Translations under genes and position numbers: made by a program
Origin: Pirellulales bacterium
GTDB lineage: Bacteria > Planctomycetota > Planctomycetia > Pirellulales > PALSA-1355
Assembly: GCA_050250435.1 (NCBI GenBank)
Contig: JBFWOR010000011.1
Location: 41,561-105,560, forward strand
Direction of reading: 5' to 3'
Length of the DNA: 64,000 nt
Shown here: in pieces, positions 9,279-18,387 of the stretch
Layout: each line of letters begins with the position of its first letter
Numbering within the stretch: the first letter of the stretch is position 1
The notes under the pieces: generated by a model
What the model was told of the DNA's origin: nothing
What the model saw: only the letters and a program-made list of their open reading frames with translations
Database searches by the model: none

Positions 9279-9764
9279 TCACTCGTCGTCGCGCCGGAAA
9301 CGGCCGGCTGAGAAGAGAGCCATCACCGCGCTGCCGATGGCGATCGAGAGGAAGCCGCCGGGCGCGGGCGCTAACGATGCGGATTGAATGCTCGTGCCGG
9401 ATGAAATGGCCGAGCTGGCTTCGGCCGGAGCGACCGCAGGCGGCCTTGCGGCCGAGGAGGCTTCGGGGAACGGCGTCAGCGTGACGCGGTACTTGCTGGA
9501 AATGTGGTTGTTGATCGACTCCTTGAGCGCGTCGCGGTCCGACGTGAACGACAGACCCTGGAAGTCCAGGCCGGCGTCCGACGTCAGCGACGAGTTCCCC
9601 AGCCCCTGAATGCAGAAATCGAAGCCGTGGATCATGAGTCCGCCGCGCGCGGCCAGCTCGGCGCCCAAGGCAGGCGCCTCGTCGACCATCACGGTGCCGG
9701 CCTGTGCTACGGCGGCGAAACCGCCGACACAAACGACCGCGACTGCCGCGAAAAATCGTCTCAT
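9279..9764 (-). CDS. Secreted protein with PEP-CTERM-like anchor lacking the PEP motif
   Basis: Track ORF trimmed to the ATG at 9764-9762, preceded by GGAGGTAAGCTC (strong RBS). MRRFFAAVAVVCVGGFAAVAQAG is a signal peptide. C-terminus APAPGGFLSIAIGSAVMALFSAGRFRRDDE is a TM helix plus basic tail. Confidence 0.65.
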   Translation of the reverse strand: MRRFFAAVAVVCVGGFAAVAQAGTVMVDEAPALGAELAARGGLMIHGFDFCIQGLGNSSLTSDAGLDFQGLSFTSDRDALKESINNHISSKYRVTLTPFPEASSAARPPAVAPAEASSAISSGTSIQSASLAPAPGGFLSIAIGSAVMALFSAGRFRRDDE

Positions 9765-10059
9765 GAGCTTACCTCCACAGATGCCGATTACTTGTTGCGT
9801 GTCAGGAAGCGGGATATTCGAAATTCCGCGCGCAACGGGAGTGGTCAAGGCGGAAGCAAGCACAGAACAGCCCAGACCGGGAGACTCGCGTCGCGCGTCA
9901 GAGGACGTACGAGATTGTGTTCAGCTTGAGCGGCGTGGTGAATTAACCAGGCGCGCTTATGCCGTCACTAGCGTTCCCTTTCACGGAAACGAAGACGCGA
10001 GTAAGTAAATTCAAGAACTCGTTAGCTACTCCAAAGACTCGCCGTAGCTTAACTACCGT

Positions 10060-10475
10060 TGGCCGCTTGTCAAGCAAGAAAAAATCCGAAATGCGCGTCC
10101 TGTACAAGAAGAGTGCCACAGCGTGTTCGGCTGATATTGAGCGTAGTTGTGCCTCGATTCTCGGGCAATCGGCACCAGCAGAGTGGAAGCCAGCGGCTGA
10201 AAATCGGCTTTGGAATTGCCAAGTCCAAGGACGGGCGCGCACGGGCGGCGTGCCCCGTTGAATGGTACCGACAGAAGACCGGCTGATTTCAGGCGGCGCG
10301 ACGATAGGTTTTGAGCAGTCCGCCGAGCCGGCAATCGCATTCGAGCTGATCCACGCTCTCAATCAAAGGCGGCCCGTCGGCATGTTCCGCGCCGAATAAG
10401 CCGGTTGCCAATTCCTTGATGGGGGCGGCAGTCGTGGTAGTAGTCGACGAACTCGCGCACGATGGTGTCAAAGTG
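10060..10475 (-). pseudogene. Remnant B of the same rve-type transposase family (frameshifted, 5'-truncated) plus conserved 3' flank
   Basis: Reverse strand reads SLTHFDTIVREFVDYYHDCRPHQGIGN, then a frameshift, then LFGAEHADGPPLIESVDQLECDCRLGGLLKTYRRAA-stop (stop near 10289). This is the YYxxxRPHQG(I/L) integrase-core signature. An in-frame stop sits upstream at about 10478. The 3' flank is homologous to 7993-8240. Confidence 0.6.
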
Positions 10476-10656
10476 TGTCAGGCTTCACTTCGCTGTTAAC
10501 CCGAGACTGCGGAGTTCGTAGTTGGTTCCTTCCGGTTTTGGTCCAGGCCGAAAGAGACGCGAACTCGGCAAGTGCCGGCGATATAATCGGTTGCGTGCTT
10601 CTCGAAAGCGCGTATAGTTTCGAAGAGGGTTCTTTCCGGGGAGCATTGGTCGGGCA

Positions 10657-11196
10657 ATGAGTGGCGAAGTCTGGTTGCGCACCAACAAGCGCGCGTTGTG
10701 GCTGGGCGTCGTGCCGCTGGTTGCGGTCGCGTTGGCAGGCGCCGCGCTGGCCATGTTTGCGCCCGCCGGCCCTCCCTGGGGCTGGCTGCGCGGAGCCGGC
10801 ATCGCGGTCGCGTTGTTTTTTGCGCTCTTGGCAGCCGCCTACTTCGCAGGGTTCCGGCGGCCAAGGCTGGCGTACGATAGCGGCCGACTGCTGGTCGGCA
10901 TGCGTCTGGGATCGGCCGTGGCGGTGCCGATTGAAGTCGTCGAGTGTTTCTTCCTGGGGCAGGCCCCCAGTTTGTTGCCCGGCTCGCGCTATCGGGACTC
11001 CAAGACCAAGACGATCATCGTGCGCCTGGCTGAAGCGGCCACCGATTGGCACCGCCGGCCTGTGGAACCCCGTTTGGGAAGCTGGTGCGACGGTTATATT
11101 ACCATCCGCGGCACCGCTTGCGAGCCGTTGAGCCTCGAGCTGGTGAACCGGCTCAATTCTCGGCTGGCCGAATTGTCGCGCGCCGGCACCCAATAG
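10657..11196 (+). CDS. Hypothetical two-TM membrane protein
   Basis: 179 aa. Two clear hydrophobic helices (LWLGVVPLVAVALAGAALAMFA, GIAVALFFALLAAAYFAGF) then a soluble beta-rich domain. The opposite-strand ORF is Arg/Gly-rich junk. Confidence 0.6.
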   Translation: MSGEVWLRTNKRALWLGVVPLVAVALAGAALAMFAPAGPPWGWLRGAGIAVALFFALLAAAYFAGFRRPRLAYDSGRLLVGMRLGSAVAVPIEVVECFFLGQAPSLLPGSRYRDSKTKTIIVRLAEAATDWHRRPVEPRLGSWCDGYITIRGTACEPLSLELVNRLNSRLAELSRAGTQ

Positions 11197-11226
11197 CTTT
11201 CCATCGGCCACGACCTTTGCCCTCGC

Positions 11227-11952
11227 ATGCAACCGGCCATGACTCGACTCCTCGTCAGCGTGCGTGATGCGGCGGAAGCAGAAATCGCTTGTCGCGCCGG
11301 TGTCGACCTGGTCGACGTGAAAGAGCCCACGCGTGGCTCGCTAGGCGCCGCGGATATTGCCACGATCGAAGCGATCGTGCGCGTGGTTGCCGGCCGCCGG
11401 CCAATCAGCGTTGCCCTGGGCGACGTGCCGACCGCTTTGGCGCTGCCGCCGTCGCTGGCCGCCGGCGTGCGCTATGGGAAGACGGGGCTGGCCGGCTGTC
11501 GCGATTTGCCCCCTTGGCGCGAATATTGGCACGCAGCGATCGAACGCTTGCCCAAGGGTGTCGCGCCCGTGGCAGTGATCTACGCCGATGCCGAGTCGGC
11601 TGCCGCGCCCCCGGCCGAGGCCATCATCGACCTGGCAATCCGCCGCGCGTGTCGGGCCGTCCTCATCGACACGTTCGACAAGTCGCGCGGCTCGCTGTTT
11701 GCCCATCTTGACCAGGAGCAAATTGCAGCGCTGGTGGACACCGTGCGGGGTGCCGGACTGCAAATCGTGCTGGCCGGCAGCCTGGGGCTCAAGGAACTCG
11801 AGCGGGTGCTGCCACTGGCGCCTGATTTCGTCGGCGTGCGGGGCGCAGCCTGTGCCGGCGATCGTGCCGGCACCATCGATGAAGCACGCGTGCGTGGCCT
11901 GGTGCATTTCGTTCACAAAGCATCCCGCCGCAGCGTGGCCAGCACTCGGTAG
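11227..11952 (+). CDS. mfnB: (5-formylfuran-3-yl)methyl phosphate synthase family protein (MfnB/DUF556)
   Basis: RLLVSVRDAAEA...GVDLVDVKEPTRGSLGA...ALGD...YGKTGL...LIDTFDKSRGSLFAHL...VLAGSL...FVGVRGAACAGDRAGTID aligns block-for-block from memory with archaeal MfnB, including the DVK(N/E)P lysine. Confidence 0.8.
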   Translation: MQPAMTRLLVSVRDAAEAEIACRAGVDLVDVKEPTRGSLGAADIATIEAIVRVVAGRRPISVALGDVPTALALPPSLAAGVRYGKTGLAGCRDLPPWREYWHAAIERLPKGVAPVAVIYADAESAAAPPAEAIIDLAIRRACRAVLIDTFDKSRGSLFAHLDQEQIAALVDTVRGAGLQIVLAGSLGLKELERVLPLAPDFVGVRGAACAGDRAGTIDEARVRGLVHFVHKASRRSVASTR

Positions 11953-12170
11953 AAGTTCGGGCTTCCCCGCCGTTTGCGCGGTTTCCCTCAGGAGCCTGCA
12001 ATTAATTACTTGACAAATGAAACGCTAACGGAATACTCAAGACTTTCAAGCAAGACCTCGCCCCTGGGAGAGCTCGCACTGACGCGAGACGGGGCGTGGT
12101 CATTGATCTGGACGAGCGACGGCCGCCGAACCGACGCCAACGGTCGCCGCGCTGTGCAAGGAGCTGCACC

Positions 12171-12383
12171 GTGCCAAGTACAGTGATTGAAGCCATCCGC
12201 ATGGGGCTCTGGGACTTCGAACCCAAGGACCTCGAATCGGAAGAGTTCGAGGCGTGCAGTGCCATGCCGGGGACGCCGGACAAGCTGCGAATCCTGGCAG
12301 AGCGGGTTCGCCAGGGGCTGCCGCTGTGGCACCCGGCGGATCGGTCGGATTGCGATGAGGAAGCGGAATTGGCCGAGCGGTAG
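12171..12383 (+). CDS. Small acidic hypothetical protein (70 aa)
   Basis: GTG at 12171, preceded by AAGGAG 7 nt upstream. VPSTVIEAIRMGLWDFEPKDLESEEFEACSAMPGTPDKLRILAERVRQGLPLWHPADRSDCDEEAELAER. The longer track ORF from 12096 has an Arg/Pro-rich, non-protein-like N-terminus. Confidence 0.45.
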   Translation: MPSTVIEAIRMGLWDFEPKDLESEEFEACSAMPGTPDKLRILAERVRQGLPLWHPADRSDCDEEAELAER

Positions 12384-12584
12384 CCCGCCGCGCGGGGGCC
12401 AGTTCGTGACGAATGCTTGCGGCCGGATGGAGATGGCTTGCGGCGGAACCGGCCGCTGCGCGATCGGTTTCCATCAGCGCCATTTCAGGCTACGATGGTG
12501 GTGTTCCACCGCGGCGGCTCGTGCCCCCAAACGCGCCGCGTTGCTCGGGCCATGGCCCGGTGCGGTTTGGATCCGTAGCCGCAA

Positions 12585-12616
12585 ACTTCCTTTCTCGACA
12601 ACTTCCTTTCTCGACA
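12585..12616 (+). promoter_or_regulatory. Perfect tandem 16-mer (ACTTCCTTTCTCGACA x2) just upstream of the PHA-system gene
   Basis: Units at 12585-12600 and 12601-12616 are identical. They end 13 nt before the ATG at 12630 (AAGGGG RBS in between). Confidence 0.5.
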
Positions 12617-12629
12617 AGGGGCCGCATTC

Positions 12630-12932
12630 ATGCCCACGGTGACCATTAACACGCCGCATGCGCTCGGTGCTGAGGAAGCTACCAACCGCCTGAAGACCTT
12701 CTTTGCCAAGCTCAAGGAACGTCACCAGGACAAGGTCAGCAACCTGGAGGAGCAGTGGAACGACAACCGCCTGGACTACAGCTTCTCGACGTTCGGCTTC
12801 AACATCAAAGGCGACCTGACGGTTGAGCCTGGCGAAGTGAAAGTCAGCAGCAACCTGCCGTTTGCCGCCATGATGTTCAAGGGCAAGATCGAGCAGACGG
12901 TGCGCGAAGAGCTGGAAAAGCTGCTGGCTTAG
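12630..12932 (+). CDS. Putative polyhydroxyalkanoic acid system protein (PHA_gran_rgn-type)
   Basis: 100 aa. MPTVTINTPHALGAEEATNRLKTFF...LDYSFSTFGFNIKGDLTVEPGEVKVSSNLPFAAMMFKGKIEQTVREELEKLL matches my recollection of this small family (H-x-L-G, F-x-G-x-x-V, L-P-x-x-x-x-x-F-K-G-K-I-E). Confidence 0.7.
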   Translation: MPTVTINTPHALGAEEATNRLKTFFAKLKERHQDKVSNLEEQWNDNRLDYSFSTFGFNIKGDLTVEPGEVKVSSNLPFAAMMFKGKIEQTVREELEKLLA

Positions 12933-12992
12933 CGCGGGCCCCGCGCGGGTTGCGATTGCGCTGCGATTGCGCCGTGAGCGCTTGCGCGGCCG

Positions 12993-14159
12993 TCAGGGCG
13001 CCGGCCGGACCTGCACCGCGCGGTCCTGCCGACGATACTCCAAGCGCGTGCCGGCGAACACGGCATCGAGCAGCGCGTCGAGCGTGGCGTCCTTGACGCT
13101 GACCGAAATCAACTGGTCCTGGGCGACCCCTGCGGCCTCGATGGCCGCCTGGTCCCACTGCACGTCCAGCTTCAAGCGTTCGGCCAGCTGGTCCATCACC
13201 TGTCGCAGTGCCGCATTTTCCACCGAGAGCTGGTACAGCTCTTTGCCGGGCGTGGTCACCGTGCGTTTCGTGGGCGAACCGCGCAACTTGTGCTCCACGA
13301 ACTCGTGGTCCTCGAGCGAGCCGTCGACGCGCAGCTCGCCGCCAGCAACCGTGAGGCGCGCCTGCGGTACGGCCTGGGCCCATTGGCGCACGCTGGTCGC
13401 AGCTTGTTTCGGCAGGCGATAATTCCGAGCGATGGAGACGCGTTTGGGAATGGGCACAAGCTGCACTTGCGCGCCCGCCGGGTCCACGCGAAACGCCAGA
13501 TCAAACTGCGCAGCCAAAAGCGTCAGCCGATCGATCCAGGACAGCTGCGGCAAGTCAGCGGCGCGCCACAGATCGTGTGGAATCTGCTCGAGCCCCTCGA
13601 TCTTTACACCGGCCTCCTGGCCGAGCGCCTCGGCCAGCTGTTTCGGCTCGGCCAGCTCATCCCAGCGCGAAGTCCGCAGCCGCAGCAGTTCGCGCTTGCG
13701 GTCCGCCGGCAGCGACTTTGCCTCTTCCAATCGCAGTGCGGCCAGCGTGCGCAGCCGAGCCGCAGACTCCACCGGGCCGAGGTACGCCACGGCGCCAAAC
13801 TGGCAGTAGCCGGCGTGTGTCTGCTCAGCAATCTTGGCCAGGCCCTCGGCCAACGATGTGCCGCTCAATTCCAGCGTCAACGGTTGCTCCGGATCGAGGC
13901 GCCGGTCGAGCACGATCGCCAGATGCTGCGACGAGCTGAGATTTTCGAGCGCGCGAATGAGCGGTGCATTCGTCCAGGCCACATCCAGCGGCGCTGCCAG
14001 TCGCTGCTGCAGTTCCGCACCCGTTGCGAAATCAGGTGTCGCCGCCGCGGCCGGGTGCCACTGGCAGCTCGCGGCCAGCGCCCATGCGAGCAGGCCCGCG
14101 CAAACGGCTCGTGGCGCCCGCAGCGGTTTTGAAACCAGTTCTGGCAGTTTCAACTGCAT
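12993..14159 (-). CDS. Secreted hypothetical protein with STN-like (secretin/TonB N-terminal) modules
   Basis: Track ORF trimmed to the ATG at 14159-14157 (MQLKLPELV...). Signal-like AVCAGLLAWALAASC. C-terminal LISVSVKDATLDALLDAVFAGTRLEYRRQDRAVQVRP resembles an STN short domain. Confidence 0.65.
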   Translation of the reverse strand: MQLKLPELVSKPLRAPRAVCAGLLAWALAASCQWHPAAAATPDFATGAELQQRLAAPLDVAWTNAPLIRALENLSSSQHLAIVLDRRLDPEQPLTLELSGTSLAEGLAKIAEQTHAGYCQFGAVAYLGPVESAARLRTLAALRLEEAKSLPADRKRELLRLRTSRWDELAEPKQLAEALGQEAGVKIEGLEQIPHDLWRAADLPQLSWIDRLTLLAAQFDLAFRVDPAGAQVQLVPIPKRVSIARNYRLPKQAATSVRQWAQAVPQARLTVAGGELRVDGSLEDHEFVEHKLRGSPTKRTVTTPGKELYQLSVENAALRQVMDQLAERLKLDVQWDQAAIEAAGVAQDQLISVSVKDATLDALLDAVFAGTRLEYRRQDRAVQVRPAP

Positions 14160-14381
14160 TTTTGGCAATGCTCTCCCGCGTCCCTGCCGATCGCAGGCAG
14201 CCACTTCATTGTCCGCAAATCTGGGTCGCCGGGAAAGGCGATGTGGCGGGGGTCACCCCGGGTTTGGTAAATCGTCGCGGCCCGATTAGACTGGAAGGAA
14301 CTCGGGGGCGCACCCCGCGAGGAACCACCGTGCGAGAAGAGCAGCGGTTTTGGCGCCGCCGGAGTAGGAGCACAGTTCACG

Positions 14382-15044
14382 ATGAAGAAGGGTCCTCGCA
14401 CGCCCGCGTTGTACGGGTTGTATCACCAATATCTGTTGGACCAGGATACGGCTCGCTTCAGCAGGCGCTTGTCACGGAAATATTCGGTGGGCACGCTGGA
14501 GCGGTTGGCCGCCACCGGCGACCGCATGACGCGGCGGGCCGCGGTGTTGGCCTTGGGCCTGGTGGGCGACTACAACGCCAACGCCACGCTGGGCCGCGCG
14601 CTCCACGACGACGATCGCGGCGTCCGCATGCTGGCCGACAACGGCATCCGCCAACTCTGGCGGCGCATTGGCACCACCCAGCATCGCCGGCACCTCGTTG
14701 AAATTGGCGAGCTCAACAGCGGCGGCCGCTACGACGAAGCCATCGAGCAGGCCACCCGGTTGATCGCGCAGGCGCCGTGGATTGCCGAAGGCTGGAATCA
14801 GCGCGCGGTCGCGTTGTTTGGCGCTCATCGCTATGCCGAGTCGGTGCACGACTGCACGCAGGCGCTGGAGATCAATCCCTATCATTTCGGCGCGGCGACC
14901 GGCATGGGCCAGTGCCAGTTGAAGCTCAACAACCGGCAGCAGGCGCTGGAGTGCTTCCGTCGCGCCCTGCGTCTGAATCCGAACCTGGAAGGAGTCCGGG
15001 CCCACGTGCTCTACTTGCAGCGCACCCTGAAGCGTCAAGACTAG
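14382..15044 (+). CDS. HEAT-like plus TPR repeat protein
   Basis: 220 aa. RRAAVLALGLVGDYNANATLGRALHDDDRGVRMLADNGI is a HEAT/PBS-lyase-like repeat. The C-terminal half has TPR signatures (WNQRAVALFGAHRYAESVHDCTQALEINPYHFGA..., ALECFRRALRLNPN). Confidence 0.75.
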   Translation: MKKGPRTPALYGLYHQYLLDQDTARFSRRLSRKYSVGTLERLAATGDRMTRRAAVLALGLVGDYNANATLGRALHDDDRGVRMLADNGIRQLWRRIGTTQHRRHLVEIGELNSGGRYDEAIEQATRLIAQAPWIAEGWNQRAVALFGAHRYAESVHDCTQALEINPYHFGAATGMGQCQLKLNNRQQALECFRRALRLNPNLEGVRAHVLYLQRTLKRQD

Positions 15045-15110
15045 GCGTGCCGGCGCGTGTCCCGGCGCCGAGCGGGTTTGATGGATGATCGCGCTTCCCG
15101 CGGACGTTAG

Positions 15111-16790
15111 ATGACCAACGGTTCTCCAGTAGTGCTCGTGCTCGGCGCCGGCATCAATGGCTGCGCGCTGGCGCGCGAGCTGGTGCTGGCCGGCGTGCCG
15201 GTGTGGCTGGTCGATCGGGCAGACATTGCATCGGGTGCGAGCGCCGGCAGCTCGCACCTGATCCACGGCGGACTGCGCTATCTCGAGTATGGCGAGTTCG
15301 ACCTGGTCAAGGAATCGTTGGCCGAGCGTGGCCGCCTGCTGCGACTGGCACCCCAGTTCGTGCGGCCTTTGAAGCTGTGGATCCCCGCAAGCAGCCGCTT
15401 GGGCGGCGCCGTCGGCGCCCCGGGACGGTTTTTCGGCTGGAAGTGGTGGCCCACGCCGGTCCCTAAGCGCGGCCGTGGCGTGACGCTGATTCGCACGGGC
15501 CTGGCGCTGTACGACGCTTATGCCCGCGATCCGTCCGTGCCGCGGCACCAGTCGTACCGCGTCCCGGCAGCCGGCGCGCCGGCCGTGAATCGCGACAAGT
15601 ACGGCTGGCTGTGCTCGTACTATGACGCGCAGGTGGCGTTTCCCGAGCGGCTGCTGATGTCGATGCTGTCGGACGCTCGGTTGGCCGCGCAGCAAGCAGG
15701 CCTCGACTTTCGTGTCTTCACGTACCACGAAGCCAAGCTCATGGGCAAGATGGTCGAGCTTTCGCCCGTGCTCGGCAGTGGTCGCGAGGAAATCGAGCAC
15801 ACCTGCGAGCCGGCGATGATCGTGAACGCGACCGGCGCTTGGGTGGACGAAACGCTCCAGCGGCTGTGCGTGCCGGAGCGGCGCTTGATGGGCGGCACCA
15901 AGGGCTCGCACTTGTTCACGTTCAATGCGCGGCTGCGAGAGATGCTGGGCGCAGACGGCATCTACGCCGAGGCCAGCGACGGTCGGCCCATCTTCATCAC
16001 GCCGCTGGCCGGCACGGTGCTCATCGGCACGACCGACGAGCGCTTCGAGGGTCCGCCGGAAAACGCTGTGACGACCGAGCGCGAGCGCGACTATTTGCTG
16101 GATTCGGTGAACTCCATTTTGCCCGACGCGAAGCTGACGCCCGACGACGTCAATTTCCACTATAGCGCCGTGCGGCCGCTGCCCTATGCGGATGCCCGTT
16201 CAACTTCAGCCATTACGCGGCGGCACGCGATCGTGCACGACGAAGCCGCGAAAGTGCCGATGATCTCGCTCGTGGGCGGCAAGCTCACCACGATGCGTTC
16301 CCTGGCCGAGCAGGCGGCGGCCGTAGTGTTCAAGACCCTGGGCCGTGAGCCGCGGCAGAACTCCGAGAATCTCGCGTTTACCGGGTTCGACGGATTTCCC
16401 GCGAATCCCGACGACCTGCCACGCGTGTGCAGCGAGATCGCCGCGCGTGTGGGCTATTCGGCCGAAAGCGTGGCTGCCGTGGTGCGGCTGATGGGCATAC
16501 CGCCGGATCGGGTCTGGAGCGATCCGAGTTGGGGCCCCCGGCACGAACGGTCGCTGGTGGATGACACGCCGCTGCCGCGAGTGGTGGCAAACTGGATGAT
16601 CGACATGGAGTCCGTGCAAACGCTGGCCGACTTGGTTGAACGCCGACTGATGCTCCTCTACGATCAACGGATAACGTACGCGACGTTGCACTGTCTGGCA
16701 GATTTGCTGCCTCGTGCGACAGACAGGGATGCAATGGTGAGCGCAGAGGCCGCCCGGCTCAAGTCGCGCTACGGCAAGATCGTCGAATAG
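15111..16790 (+). CDS. glpD: FAD-dependent glycerol-3-phosphate dehydrogenase
   Basis: 559 aa. Dinucleotide fold VLVLGAGINGCALARE, then SSHLIHGGLRYLEYGEF and the C-terminal helical domain typical of GlpD. It is adjacent to glpK. Confidence 0.85.
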   Translation: MTNGSPVVLVLGAGINGCALARELVLAGVPVWLVDRADIASGASAGSSHLIHGGLRYLEYGEFDLVKESLAERGRLLRLAPQFVRPLKLWIPASSRLGGAVGAPGRFFGWKWWPTPVPKRGRGVTLIRTGLALYDAYARDPSVPRHQSYRVPAAGAPAVNRDKYGWLCSYYDAQVAFPERLLMSMLSDARLAAQQAGLDFRVFTYHEAKLMGKMVELSPVLGSGREEIEHTCEPAMIVNATGAWVDETLQRLCVPERRLMGGTKGSHLFTFNARLREMLGADGIYAEASDGRPIFITPLAGTVLIGTTDERFEGPPENAVTTERERDYLLDSVNSILPDAKLTPDDVNFHYSAVRPLPYADARSTSAITRRHAIVHDEAAKVPMISLVGGKLTTMRSLAEQAAAVVFKTLGREPRQNSENLAFTGFDGFPANPDDLPRVCSEIAARVGYSAESVAAVVRLMGIPPDRVWSDPSWGPRHERSLVDDTPLPRVVANWMIDMESVQTLADLVERRLMLLYDQRITYATLHCLADLLPRATDRDAMVSAEAARLKSRYGKIVE

Positions 16791-16847
16791 TCTCGCTCGC
16801 ACGAAGCGTTCCGGCACCCGCCCAGGCATCGCTACAGGCACCTTTCC

Positions 16848-18347
16848 ATGGCATCTAAGAAGTACATTCTGGCCCTGGACCAGGGCACCACGTCCAGCCG
16901 CGCCATCGTGTTCGGCCGCGACGGCCGCTCCGTCGCCGTGGCCCAGCAGGAGTTCGAGCAGATCCTGCCCTCGCCGGGCCACGTGGAGCACGATCCCGAG
17001 GCCATTTGGTCTTCGCAACTGGCCGTGGCGCGGCAGGCGCTGGCCAGCGCCAAGCTCTCAGCATCCGACATCGCCGCCATCGGCGTCACGAACCAGCGCG
17101 AGACAACCATTGTTTGGGACCGCGCCACGGGCCGGCCCGTGAGCAACGCCATCGTCTGGCAAAGCCGCATCACGGCCGGCATCTGCGACCGGCTCAAAGC
17201 CGACGGCCACGATGCCGTCTTCCGCCAGAAGACCGGCCTGGTTGTCGACGCGTATTTTTCGGGCACCAAGATCAAGCACCTGCTCGATACGATTCCGGGA
17301 CTGCGCGAGCGGGCCCGCCGCGGCGAGGTGTTGTTCGGCACCGTCGATAGCTGGCTCATCTGGCGGCTCACCGGCGGCAAACGCCACGTCACCGATCTGA
17401 GCAACGCCAGCCGCACGCTGATCTTCAACATCCACACGCTCGACTGGGATGACGAGCTCTTGAAGATCCTCGATATCCCGCGGGCCATGCTAGGGGAAGT
17501 CTTGCCCTCGAGTGGGCTGCTCGGCGAGTGCGCGGCCGACGTGCTGGGCGCGGCCATCCCCATTGCCGGTTGCGCCGGCGATCAGCAAGCGGCCACTTTC
17601 GGCCAGGCTTGTTTCGAAAAAGGCAGCGCCAAGAACACTTACGGCACCGGCTGTTTCTTGCTGCTCAATACGGGCCACGAGCCGGTCGCTTCCCAGAACC
17701 AACTGCTCACGACGATCGGCTGGGGACTGGACGGCAAGGTCACGTACTGTCTCGAAGGCGCGGTCTTCATCGCCGGCGCCGTCGTGCAGTGGCTGCGCGA
17801 CGGACTGCGCATCATTGACCAGTCGGTCGACGTCGAACGGCTGGCCGGCAGCGTGGCGGATTCGGGCGGCGTGTACTTCGTGCCGGCCTTTGTGGGACTG
17901 GGTGCGCCGTATTGGGATCCCTATGCGCGCGGTGCAATTCTAGGCATCACGCGGGGCACGAGCGCGGCGCATATCGCCCGCGCGGCGGTGGAGTCGATGG
18001 CGTATCAATCGCGCGACTTGCTCGAGGCGATGGAGCGCGACGCGGGCGTGCCGCTGACCGTTCTGAAGGTCGACGGCGGCGCGTCCGTCAATAATGAGCT
18101 GATGCAGTTTCAGTCCGATATCCTGGGCACGACGGTCCGCCGGCCGCAGGTTTCGGAGACGACCGCGCTGGGCGCGGCCTATCTCGCCGGCCTGGCCGTG
18201 GGATACTGGTCGAGCCAGGACGACGTGGCGAGCAATTGGGCGCTCGATCGCGAGTTCCAGCCGACGATGGCCGACGAAGAGCGGAACCGACGTTATGCCC
18301 AGTGGCAAAAGGCGGTCGGGCGATCACGCGATTGGGAAGCGCATTAG
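16848..18347 (+). CDS. glpK: Glycerol kinase
   Basis: 499 aa. [56 protein letters not shown] and [19 protein letters not shown] are canonical FGGY/GlpK blocks. Confidence 0.95.
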   Translation: MASKKYILALDQGTTSSRAIVFGRDGRSVAVAQQEFEQILPSPGHVEHDPEAIWSSQLAVARQALASAKLSASDIAAIGVTNQRETTIVWDRATGRPVSNAIVWQSRITAGICDRLKADGHDAVFRQKTGLVVDAYFSGTKIKHLLDTIPGLRERARRGEVLFGTVDSWLIWRLTGGKRHVTDLSNASRTLIFNIHTLDWDDELLKILDIPRAMLGEVLPSSGLLGECAADVLGAAIPIAGCAGDQQAATFGQACFEKGSAKNTYGTGCFLLLNTGHEPVASQNQLLTTIGWGLDGKVTYCLEGAVFIAGAVVQWLRDGLRIIDQSVDVERLAGSVADSGGVYFVPAFVGLGAPYWDPYARGAILGITRGTSAAHIARAAVESMAYQSRDLLEAMERDAGVPLTVLKVDGGASVNNELMQFQSDILGTTVRRPQVSETTALGAAYLAGLAVGYWSSQDDVASNWALDREFQPTMADEERNRRYAQWQKAVGRSRDWEAH

Positions 18348-18387
18348 CGGCGGATGCTCGCGCCGCGCGATGATGCGACGTCGCGTT

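Noticed and set aside
14472-16160. 562-aa minus-strand ORF
   Set aside because: It is fully antisense to glpD, which has clear FAD-fold and GlpD motifs. The translation is Arg/Ala/Gly/His-rich with no motif, a typical shadow ORF in high-GC DNA.
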